A stretch of DNA of 64,000 bases from Basidiobolus meristosporus CBS 931.73 (lineage: Eukaryota > Fungi > Basidiobolomycota). Location of the stretch: contig MCFE01000295.1 of NCBI GenBank assembly GCA_002104905.1, positions 37,639 to 101,638 on the forward strand. The letters are read 5' to 3'. Every line of letters begins with the position of its first letter. Position 1 is the first letter of the stretch. The translations under genes were made by a program, and so were the position numbers. Shown here one piece after another: positions 11,015 to 22,469 of this stretch. The notes below the pieces were generated by a model. That model had not been told where the DNA came from. It was given only the letters and a program-made list of their open reading frames with translations, and did no database searches.

Positions 11015-11992
11015 CTTCTGTATTGAATGGTGTAGAAGCCAGCTATTGAACAAGAAATGCTCATCATACTGTGGTAAAGTTGTCTTAATAAAAAATAGTC
11101 ACCTATTACGCCCAACACAAACCTAATTAACCCATTACCAATGCATTGGAGCTGCTTAGCTTCTTAATGCCAAGAGCGTAGCTTTATGAGAAATTATTGT
11201 GATGATCCTTTAAAAAGGCCCTCACAGAACTAAAGTCCTGTGATTAGGAGGCACTGTTCCTGTCAGGACACCATGCAGCAACTGTTGAAAAATAATTGCA
11301 CCCCAGATTTCACAAAAAAACTTGGTCATTTTTCATCACAACAATATATCAATGGCTTTTGATTGGTTCCCTGCCAATTTGCTCACTTTCTAATCCCTGA
11401 CACTTGATCACCTCTTATATTTGTGTACATTGATTAGCTATTGCCTCTTCTTCCCACTCCTTACTTGCTGATTCAACCATTTCTCCTACTTTTTATGCAT
11501 TCAAATTGATTTATTTCTGTTGAAGCTTCAGTTGTAACTCAATTGCCAATTTTACTGCCTACACAAGTCCCTACACCCTACACTAACATTAAGCCCAACC
11601 CCACACTCAACAAGTAACTTCATTATAATCAACTGCTCAATCAGTACTCCTGCTGCAATTCTCTGTTTCCATGACCCTGTTGGAAACCAAGCAGCTTTAT
11701 GTCACTGTTCATTCACTGGTTCCCACATGTCCTGGTCCTCAGCCAGCACTGCAAGGTCTGGCACTTCATCTGCCAGTCTTTACAATAAGTCCTTGCAATA
11801 TTCAAGTGTGTTTTCTTGAGCACTGCTCTTGAAGAAGTGTTGCAACCTCCTGGTGTTGCTATAAATGTTCCAATATTCTACTGAAGGCATTGTGATAGTT
11901 CTCTGAGTTCTTGATGTTGTAGCTTTGTCTGTCAGTGGGATCTCCACTCTGTCAACAATGGAGGATGTGAAGGCTTTAGTAGACAAATTACC
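11015..11992 (-). mobile_element. Family X fragment (ORF-c 3' part, downstream region, transposase C-terminal piece); continues at 16679-17301
   Basis: Reverse complement matches 51700-52450 and 21840-22010; AGACAAATTACC|TTTCTCTGC rejoins across Copia A1. Confidence 0.75.
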
Positions 11993-12361
11993 TGTTGAAA
12001 TATTGGACTATTTGGTATCATTCAGCAGCTAAAAATTTACTTAACAATTCTAGGCTAGTCTTAGTCACTGTAGGACTCATTTACTGCCTTAACTTTGCCA
12101 CTTTCTCCGGATATATGATCTTATGATTATTCCCCTATAGTCAGGATCAAATTAGCACTATTACCAAACATTATGTACTAACCCTGAAACTGTTACAGAA
12201 TGCTCCTGAATATTGAGAAACCCTCCTTACTTAGTGTTACAGCTGTATTACTTCTACAAAGGTATAAATACTGAGCGTCTTTATGAATAAACAACAGTTC
12301 AACTATTATCACTATTTCTTGATAAGTTCCTTATATCCAAATCACTTCTTAAATTGCAACT

Positions 12362-12375
12362 GGTTATGAGCCCCA
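12362..12375 (+). promoter_or_regulatory. Half-tRNA-type primer binding site (iMet anticodon arm); also 19205-19218 (-) and 62623-62636 (-)
   Basis: GGTTATGAGCCCCA is the reverse complement of TGGGGCTCATAACC, the initiator-tRNA anticodon stem-loop; it directly abuts the LTR. Confidence 0.9.
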
Positions 12376-12397
12376 ATTGCCTTAATCTATTCTAAAG

Positions 12398-15300
12398 ATG
12401 ACTTCTACCAGCAAACAAAGCAATACCAACATCTTCCCTGTAAAGGAGAGGTTTGATGGGAAGAACTACAGACTTTGGAGAATCAAGATGCAGATCCACC
12501 TTGAGGAAAGAAAGCTTTGGAACATAGTAACAGGAAAGGAAGTTGAGCCCAAAGGAACAGCAGAAGATTTGGAGAAGTTTCAAGAGAAGGAGAGAAAGGC
12601 CTTCAATGCAATATGCATCAATGTGCAAGACTCCTTCATTGGACAAATCCATGCCTCAAATACTGCCAAAGCAGCATGGAAATCCTTGGAGAAGATCTTT
12701 AGAGCAAAGTCAGTATCAAGCAAGCTTTATTTGAAACAAAAGTTCTTCAACATGAGAAAAAAGCCAGATGATGACATGCTACAACTCATTACCAGAATGG
12801 AGACACTTGCAGAAGAACTTTACAGTATTAATGCTGGTGTAGATGATGAAGAAAAGATACTCTGTCTGCTTTGCAGCCTACCAGACGAGTATGAGCCACT
12901 CATACTTTCTTTAGAAAGCAGAGAAGACAACTTGACTTTAGACTATGTCAAAGGAAGACTTCTCCATGAAGAACTCAGACGTAATGACCAAGCAGAGAAA
13001 ATTGAAGATAATGCTTTATTCAGTTCAGAAAGGCATACAGAAAAGAAGGGAAAGCAACAAAACCAAAGAAAACCTGGCTGCTGTAACTACTGTAAGAAGC
13101 CAGGACACTGGGCAAGAGAATGCAAGAAGAAACAAGCAGACAAAAAACAGAAACTACAGCAGGCAAACCATATAACTACTGATGAACAGCTATTTGTCAC
13201 TGTACAAGAGAGTGCAAGTAACTGAAGAAATGAATGGTATATTGACTCTGGAGCATCACAGCATATTTGTGGTATAAAGGATTGGTTCAGCAACTTAAAG
13301 ACTATTCCTGTAAGAAAGGTTTATCTGGGAGATAACTCTGCATTGGAAGCTACCGCCAGTGGGTCTATACAACTAAATATGAGTGATAACTCAGGGGCAA
13401 CAACAGCAAAACTGACTGACGTACTCTATGTACCTGGAATAGCTAAGAACCTACTTTCAGTCAGTAAAGCAACTACTCAGGGACTGAAATTTGTTTTTAC
13501 TAAGCTGAGCTGCTCAATATTGAGTGAAAATGGACAAAAATTAGCATTGGGAATCAGAGATCACAATATATCCAAGTTACAATGCAAGACCATTGTACCT
13601 GAGTATGTCAACATTGCTGAAACTGATGAAACCAACTGGGAGACGTGGCATAGGAGGCTAGGACACATAGGGGAACAGAAAATGAGCCAATTGGTGAAAA
13701 ATCAGCTTGTTTTGGGCCTAAAATACTCAATTCCAATCAAATTGAATGTTTGTAAGGGATGTTCATATGGCAAACAAGCTAGGCAACGTTTCAAGAGCTC
13801 AGAAGGCATCAATACCACCGAAATATTGGCTATTGTACACTCAGACATATGTGGCCCCTTGAGAACACTGTCCTTTGGAGCCAAGAGATACTTTATGACG
13901 TTTATTGATGACAAGACAAGATATACATGGGTGTACTTTCTCAAAACAAAGGATGAAGCTTTAGAGATGTTTAAGCACTTCAAGAACATGGCAAAAACAC
14001 AAACTGGGTGTAAATTGAAGGTACTACAAAGTGACAATGGAGGAGAATACTGCTCAAAGGAGTTTGCAAAATACTGCTTGTCTACTGGTATACTTCAACA
14101 GACCACAGTTCCTCATACTCCACAGCAAAATGGAGTAGCAGAACGTGCAAATAGAACAATAGTAGAGATGGGAAGATCTATGCTACATGATAAGGGAATG
14201 GACTACAAGTTTTGGGCTGAATCTGTTGCTACCGCTGTATACATCAAGAACAGATACCCAACAACAGCACTACGTGATTCTACACCCTTTGAAGCATATA
14301 CAGGCAAAAAACCAGATCTCCAGCACCTCAGGATCTTTGGCAGTGATGTTTTTTATCACATCCCTGACAAAAAACGCTCAAAGTTGGAACCAAAGAGTAG
14401 AAAAGGGATCTTTCTTGGGTATTGTGAAGATACTAAAGGGTATAGAGTGTATGATGGCAAAATTCAGAAGCTGATCAAGAGCAGGGACGTTGTATTTGAG
14501 GAGAATTCAGATCAGAAAGCCACAGAAATCATTGGCCAGCTGCCTGATGATGCAATCAACACAAATGAAGAAGATACGTACCAAATCCAGCCAGAGATGG
14601 AAGATACTTCTACCAGTTCCAGATCAGAACAGATTATCCCAGTTAGGAGATCTACCAGAATAAGAAATGCCCCTGGATCCTGGTGGCAGACATCCAATGA
14701 TCATGAAGAAGCTTATCTTGCCTTATGTGCCAAACCTCAGAATCTGGAACAGGCAATGCAAGGCCCAGATGCTACTAAGTGGCAACAAGCCATGCAGGAG
14801 GAGTACCAATCACTGATCAAGGCAAAAACGTGGGAACTGGTAGATTTACCAAATGGGAGAAAGCCAATAGGATGTAGATGGGTCTACAAGATCAAGATAA
14901 CCTCAAATGGTGCCGTTGATAAGTACAAGGCTAGATTGGTAGCTAAAGGCTATTCCCAGATCCAGGGACTAGACTTTAAGGAAACATTTGCTCTGGTTGC
15001 CAAGTTTAACTCTATTAGGACAGTTCTAGCCCTGGCAGCTGTACACAGCCTAGATCTACACCAAATGGACGTCAAAACAGCCTTTCTAAATGGGGATTTG
15101 CAAGAAACTATATATATGGAGCAACCAGCAGGTTTTACCGATCCAAAAAGCCCCCACAAGGTGTGCAAACTTAGAAAATCGTTGTATGGGCTTAAGCAGG
15201 CACCCAGAGCATGGTATAACAAGATTGACACATATCTAGAGGAAATTGGGTTCTCTCGTAGCACTGCAGTTCACAGTATATATGTGAAACAGCTCAAAAA

Positions 15301-16315
15301 GGGTGTGATCATCCTAGTTCTTTATGTGGATGACCTAATTATAGCTACAAGTGATCAAGAGGCACTTAAACATACAAAATCAGATCTCTTCAGCAAGTTT
15401 GAGATGAAAGATCTTGGAAAATTGAGCTTTTTTCTTGGAATTGAGGTCAAATTTGACATACCTACACAGAAAATTGTGCTGAATCAGTCTAAGTACATCA
15501 GGGACACTCTTAGACGCTTCAAAATGGAAAATTGCAAACCTGCAGCAACCCCTATGGACAATAACCTGAAATTAAGCAAATCTCAGCCAGTTATAGATGA
15601 AAACGGCTCAAATATGGACCAAAACTTTCACTATCAATCAATGGTTAGTAGCCTGATGTACTTGATGGTGTCTACACGTCCAGATATTGCAGTAGCAGTT
15701 GGAATAGTCAGTCAATTCATGCAGAACTATGGATCAGATCAAATTGCAGCAGTTAAGCGGATTTTCAGATATCTACAAGGTACCATAAATATGGTACTGG
15801 AATACTCTGGAGCAGCTAATAGGCAAAAATTTGATGGTTATAGTGATTCAGATTGGGGTAGAGATTTGATTGACAGACGCTCTACCACAGGCTATGTATT
15901 TCTTTATGCTGGTGCAGCTATTACTTGGAATTGCAAGAAACAACCAACTGTGGCACTATCTACAACTGAAGCCAAATATATGGCTGCATGTCAAGCAACT
16001 AAGGAGGCTATATGGCTATGAAAATTATTCAAAGACTTAGGTTTTAATTCAGGTGAACCAACATGCATTTACAAGGATAATCAAAGTTGTATTTCATTAG
16101 CTAGAAATCCTACTAATCATGCCAGAACTAAGCACATTGATATACAGCATCACTTTGTGAGGGAAGCTGTAGAAAATAACTTAGTGGAGCTGGTTTACTG
16201 CCCAACTGACAAAATGGTGGCAGACATATTGACAAAACCACTAGCTAGGCCACAGTTTGAGATCCTTAGGGAGAAATTGGGATTAAGAAATTATTTAGTT
16301 GAGGGGGAGTGTTGA
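12398..16315 (+). pseudogene. Copia A1 Gag-PR-IN-RT-RH polyprotein, single 1306-codon frame with two in-frame TGA stops
   Basis: FDGKNYRLWRIKM, CNYCKKPGHWAREC knuckle, WYIDSGAS protease, WHRRLGH/HSDICGP/SDNGGEY/PQQNGVAER integrase, HQMDVKTAFLNG/LYVDD RT, DSDWG..RRSTTG RNase H. Stops at 13223-13225 and 16019-16021; no frameshift seen. Confidence 0.95.
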
Positions 16316-17301
16316 AATATTGGACTATTTGGTATCATTCAGCAGCTAAAAATTTACTTAACAATTCTAGGCTAGTCTTAGTCACTGTAGGACTCATTTA
16401 CTGCCTTAACTTTGCCACTTTCTCCAAATATATGATCTTATGATTATTCCCCTATAGTCAGGATCAAATTAGCACTATTACCAAACATTATGTACTAACC
16501 CTGAAACTGTTACAGAATGCTCCTGAATATTGAGAAACCCTCCCTACTTAGTGTTGCAGCTGTATTACTTCTACAAAGGTATAAATACTGAGCTTCTTTA
16601 AGAATAAATAACAGTTCAACTATTATCACTATTTCTTGATAAGTTCCTTATATCCAAATCACTTCTTAAATTGTAACATTACCTTTCTCTGCAAACTCTC
16701 TACCTTGCTGGAGTGTAGCTCAACTGCCTGTACTTCCAACTCTTATGAAAAGAACTGTTTTCTTGTTGGTGATTCTTCTTGGCTATGATGGAATTCTGTC
16801 TGTTCTGGGCTTAAGGCGTCTATTTGTAAGAACTGCTGTTTTTTTGCATACTTGGCTCTCTCAGCCTTGGGTAGTCACTCTTCCATTTACCTTTTCCTTT
16901 ATCACTGCCAGGTCTTTCACTGTTACCTTGTTGGAGTGCTTCTTGTAATGAGCTATGTTTTCTCCTTGATAAATTCTGCTCTGACGCATTTGTTTTTGCC
17001 TGCTTGTCCCTTGCTGGCATTCTTCTGGCAGCCTGATGCATCTTTAGTGTTTGTTTTGAGCTCTTGGCCATAGTTGTGATGGGCTCCTGAGAAAGCCTCT
17101 GTTTTTATCACTGCCAGGTCCTTCCCTGCTACTTTGACTGAGTGCTTCTTGAGTAGTTCTATACCTTTTCCTAGATAAATGTTATGCTGGGGCATTCATG
17201 TCTGCCTGCTTGTCACTTATTGGCACTCTTCCAGATGCCTGACATCTCTTTGACACTTGCTTAGAGTGTTTGGCCTTGCTTGTAACAGGCTCTTCAAGAC
17301 C

Positions 17302-19587
17302 ATCACATAGTGCTGTTGTTGGGCATCTGTCCTAGATGTAAACTGCGGTAGCAACTGATTCAGCCCAAAACTTGTAGTCCATTCCCTTATCATGTAGCAT
17401 AGATCTTCCCATCTCTACTATTGTTCTATTTGCACGTTCTGCTACTCCATTTTGCTGTGGAGTATGAGGAACTGTGGTCTGTTGAAGTATACCAGTAGAC
17501 AAGCAGTATTTTGCAAACTCCTTTGAGCAGTATTCTCCTCCATTGTCACTTTGTAGTACCTTCAATTTACACCCAGTTTGTGTTTTTGCCATGTTCTTGA
17601 AGTGCTTAAACGTCTCTAAAGCTTCATCCTTTGTTTTGAGGAAGTACACCCATGTATATCTTGTCTTGTCATCAATAAACGTCATAAAGTATCTCTTGGC
17701 TCCAAAGGACAGTGTTCTCATGGGGCCACATATGTCTGAGTGTACAATAGCCAATATTTTGGTGGTATTGATGCCTTCTGAGCTCTTGAAATGTTGCCTA
17801 GCTTGTTTGCCATTTGAACATCCCTTACAAACATTCAATTTGATTGGAATTGATTATTTTAGGCCCAAAACAAGCTGATTTTTCACCAATTGGCTCATTT
17901 TCTGTTCCCCTATGTGTCCTAGCCTCCTATGCCACGTCTCCCAGTTGGTTTCATCAGTTCCAGCAATGTTAACATACTCAGGTACAGTGATCTTGCATTG
18001 TAACTTGTATATATTGTGATCTCTGATTCCCAAAGCTGATTTTTGTCCATTTTCACTCAAAATTGAGCAGCTCAGCTTAGTAAAAACAAATTTCAGTCCC
18101 TGAGTAGTTGCTTTACTGACTGAGAGTAGGTTCTTAGCTATTCCAGGTACATAGAGTACGTCAGTTAGTTTTGCTGTTGTTGCCCCTGAGTTAGCACTCA
18201 TATTTAGTTGTATAGACCCACTGGCGGTAGCTTCCAATGCAGAGTTATCTCCCAGATAAACCTTTCTTACAGGAATAGTCTTTAAGTTGCTGAACCAATC
18301 CTTTATACCACCAATATGCTGTGATGCTCCAGAGTCAATATACCATTCATTACTTTGGTTACTTGCACTCTCTTGTACAGTGACAAATAACTGTTCATCT
18401 GTAGTTATATGGTTTGCCTGCTCTAGTTTCTGTTTTTTGTCTGCTTGTTTCTTCTTGCATTCTCTTGCCCAGTGTCCTGGCTTCTTACAGTAGTTACAGC
18501 AGCCAGGTTTTCTTCGGTTTTGTTGCTTTCCCTTCTTTTCTGTATGCCTTTCTGAACTGAATAAAGCATTATCTTCAGTTTTCTCTGCTTGATCTTTACG
18601 TTTGAGTTCTTCATGGAGAAGTCTTTCTTTGACATAGTCTAAGGTCAAGTTGTCTTCTCTGCTTTCAAAAGAAAGTATGAGTGGCTCATACTTGTCTGGT
18701 AGGCTGCAAAGCAGACAGAGTATCTTTTCTTCATCATCTACACCAGCATTAATACTGTAAAGTTCTTCTGCAAGTGTCTCCATTCTGGTAATGAGTTGTA
18801 GCATGTCATCATCTGGCTTTTTTCTCATGTTGAAAAACTTTTGTTTCAAATAAAGCTTGCTTGATACTGACTTTGCTCTAAAGATCTTCTCCAAGGATTT
18901 CCATGCTGCTTTGGCAGTATTTGAGGCATGGATTTGTCCAAAGAAGGAGTCTTGCACATTGATGCATATTGCTTTGAAGGCCTTTCTCTCCTTCTCTTGA
19001 AACTTCTCCACATCTTCTGCTGTTCCTTTGGGCTCAACTTCCTTTCCTGTTACTATGTTCCAAAGCTTTCTTTCCTCAAGGTGGATCTGCATCTTGATTC
19101 TCCAAAGTCTGTAGTTCTTCTAATCAAACCTCTCCTTTACAGGGAAGATGTTGGTATTGCTTTGTTTGCTGGTAGAAGTCATCTTGAGAATAGATTAAGG
19201 CAATTGGGGCTCATAACCTGTTGCAATTTAAGAAGTGATTTGGATATAAGGAACTTATCAAGAAATAGTGATAATAGTTGAACTGTTGTTTATTCATAAA
19301 GACGCTCAGTATTTATACCTTTGTAGAAGTAATACAGCTGCAACACTAAGTAGGGAGGGCTTCTCAATATTCAGGAGCATTCTGTAACAGTTTCAGGGTT
19401 AGTACATAATGTTTGGTAATAGTGCTAATTTGATCCTGACTATAGGGGAATAATCATAAGATCATATATTTGGAGAAAGTGGCAAAGTTAAGGCAGTAAA
19501 TGAGTCCTACAGTGACTAAGACTATCCTAGAATTGTTAAGTAAATTTTTAGCTGCTGAATGATACCAAATAGTCCACTATTTCAACA
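17302..19587 (-). mobile_element. Copia family A copy 2 (A2): 5' LTR, gag, PR, part of IN; 3'-truncated
   Basis: LTR 19219-19587, PBS 19205-19218, ORFs 17854-19092 and 17332-17838 nearly identical to A1; homology stops at 17302 against family X sequence. Confidence 0.95.
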
Positions 19588-20185
19588 GCCTGCACATTAG
19601 CTAACAGCAGAGATATTGAAAGTTATCAATTTTGAGAATCTTGGAATTCAGCTGTTATTATGAAGGTTTTTGCTGGCCTTTTCTTAATTTTTTTCTTAGG
19701 GGTTACTGCTTTCTCTATCTGGAGTATTGATTGCTATGCACACATTATCTGCTCATCTGGTTTCTGGGTTATTTCCTGACTTCTCTGGGCCATTGCATCT
19801 ATCCTATCAGCCATTGTGCCTCGTTGATTCACTAATGCTTTGGTGTGAACTGATAGCATACTTGCTAATATGGGTGGTGGTGATGTAATAACAGCCACTT
19901 GCTTATCTTCAACTGTAGGTACTGCATGTGCTATACTCTTGGCTGCCTGAGCATAATGATCAGCTTGCAGCTCCACAGAGATCCTTAATTGCCTACTTGA
20001 GTGAGAGCCTGAGGAGTCTTCATTATTACCTTCAGTGGGCAGACTTTCAACATTGCCTCTCTGGATATTGCCCAGCTTGTTGTACCAAATGCCAAAGCAA
20101 GCTGTTGTCCAACTGCTCTTGTGCCCCCATCAGTTGTGGGACTTGGTTGGGAACCAGACAACTTAGCTTTATTTTTTGGCAGCAT
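19588..20185 (-). pseudogene. Family X ORF-b 5' part (MLPKNKAKLSGSQP...)
   Basis: Homologous to ORF 50100-50609; head-to-head with the transposase relic that follows. Confidence 0.65.
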
Positions 20186-20289
20186 ATATATAGACATTAG
20201 TTGAACCAAAGGAGAAATAGTGTTATCTATATGTGTGTATGTGGTGCCACTGCTTTATTTATAATGCTTACCATGATGGGTCATCATTG

Positions 20290-22450
20290 CATCCCACATT
20301 CTTATGACCCAGAGACTGTGCTGATTCCAGCATATGTTAACAGTTGCATGGCATTCATATCCAAAAATGCTACCATTGAAATACATCCAAAATGTCAGGA
20401 ATGCACCGCCATTGAGGGAAAACATTATTCATACTCCAGATATATTGCAATAATACCCCATCTCAAGAAGCTCATGCAGTCCAACAAATATTGCAAAGCT
20501 ATAGAGAACTGCACTCAGTATCAACAAGTGCAAGCATATGCAATATATTCAATTGCAAACATTACAAACAGCTAAGAAGCAAGGGCTACTTTGAGGGTAC
20601 AAATAGCCCTGCCTTTGCCTTATCACTTGATGGATTCTCTTCAAGCTAGTACACTGCCAGCAAATCCTGCTGGCCATTGATTCTCATCAACCTGAATCTG
20701 CCACTTATCTTATGATATCAAAGCAAAAATCCTGTGGTAGTCTCACTGGTATCTGGCCTAAACACCATCCAACCTGGATAGCTACCTGTATCTATTGCTG
20801 GATGATTCTTGTATGCTTTCCAGCAGGATACCACTAAATGGTGGTCATGTCAAAGCACATATTAGTATCTGCATTGGAGACACCGCAGCAATCAGCAAGA
20901 TAGCCAGCTTTTCTGGGCACAATGGATGGTATTTTTATGGACTGTGCAAGATCCAGGGGATTTACTCCATAATTCACACACAATATTAATACCCAAACAC
21001 CAACACCAAGAACATCGTCTTTCCACAGAGAGAATGTACAGTAGTCAGCAGGCAATTGCAGCAAAGCTGGCAAGCTATAAGCCACCAGCCAGGATATGGA
21101 ATCAATAAGAAGCTGGAGACATGTAAGATAGAGGGTACCTATTGAAGCAAAAGCATTCCACTGAGAGTAATGCATTGGCTTTTAAGCAATATCCCTATAT
21201 CAATAGCCAAGTAGTACATAGAGCACATCAAGCTAAAAGAGCCCTTTGAGATACCAGAGAAATTTGAAAGAAGTGGCAAGATATTACCAAGTATGTACTA
21301 CCTTAAGTACTTTCATGGGCTCCAATCAGTATTCATATGCAAATGCAACAATATATATGCAAAGACTGGATTAAATGAATATGTATTTATTCAGGAGGCA
21401 TTCTGAAGCCATTTCTACCAAGTGTACATTGGAAGCATTGGGAGTCATATGTGGACATTTTAGGGATAATTATCCCAAAGTTGATCACCAATGCCAACTT
21501 GACACATCTCCAGCTGTTGTGCAAGGAGTTTGTAACAGGATTTGAGTGGCGATACTACAAACATTTAGCTGAATGCATAGATCTCTGCAGCCACTGTATC
21601 CATTCTCTACACCATCTTGCATGGTGTGTGGACAATATTGGGCCTTGCCTCACCTTTTGGGAGATATCTATGTAGCAAATGTGCGGGGAAATAGGAAGAC
21701 TAGTCAAGTTGCAGGTACTACTTTATCCTAAATTCATCAAGAATATTACCTCAAGTCCATCATGGATGTGATGCAATGGTACATGGAGGACAGCCAGGAA
21801 GAGTTGGGAAAAACTAAGGATAGATGTGAACATGGAGTCACCTATGCCTATGGAATTAAGATGCTAAGCAGCCCCAATGCATGGGCAATCAGTTAAGTAA
21901 AGCAAAGTTGGGTTGGGTGCAACAAGCAACTAAATTCTATCAGGAAAGCTTTACCAAGGTATGCTGGGCTTCTCTTGGTCACAAGCCAACTTTAACACCA
22001 TTCAATACAGAATTCACACAAACAGGAGCTAGAGCATACATATAAGGGGGACTAGAATCCAGCAAGGAGAAGTAATATGTTGGCTAACAACCCAAAAGTT
22101 CTTGGCAGATTTTTGGGAGGTTTTAATGGCAGAAGTGGTGCCAACCAAGCATATGTCTACAAGAAGTATACATTGCCAGCAGTATAAGGTATATGGCAAC
22201 TTTGCAAGTATCACATAAAAAAGACAGAAAGCTGAGGTAATACAAGTAAGTCAATTGTGGTAGGTGTGTGCATTTGTAGAGATTGGTGAGCAGGGGGCCA
22301 CAGTTATTTTTGATTGAACCAGATGTGGAATACCCAAGGTAGTGTTGGGCAAACAAACAATGAGGGGTGATTCTACAGTGTAATATATGAATTGCACAAG
22401 GGGAGGTGGAAAAAAGAAATACCATTTGGTAAATTGGTACGGTAGCACTC
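20290..22450 (+). pseudogene. CACTA/EnSpm transposase relic, most complete family X copy
   Basis: AYVNSCMAF..PKCQEC (20201-20575 ORF); DGF (20629); KSCWPLILINLNLP (20662-20703); GDTAAISKIASFSGHNG..LCKIQG (20795-20989); FVTGFEWRYY..IHSLHHLA..IGPCLTFWEISM (21451-21675). These match Transposase_21 and DUF4218-type motifs of fungal CACTA elements. Confidence 0.85.
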
Positions 22451-22469
22451 TTCAGAACCAGCTATAGGC

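Larger units (their letters stand above)
11993..16678 (+). mobile_element. Full-length Ty1/Copia, family A copy 1 (A1)
   Basis: 369-bp LTRs 11993-12361 and 16310-16678 (9 differences by eye); perfect TSD TTACC; PBS GGTTATGAGCCCCA 12362-12375; PPT GAGGGGGAG 16301-16309. Confidence 0.98.

Noticed and set aside
12392-12652. Recurrent antisense/overlapping ORFs in Copia copies (e.g. MDLSNEG..., MSLCSTF..., MLNQSF...)
   Set aside because: They recur only because the elements are copies; they are shadows of the gag-pol frame and vary in length between copies.
13223-13225. Programmed gag/pol readthrough stop in A1
   Set aside because: A2, A3 and A4 have CAA here and A2's ORF reads through; better explained as mutation.
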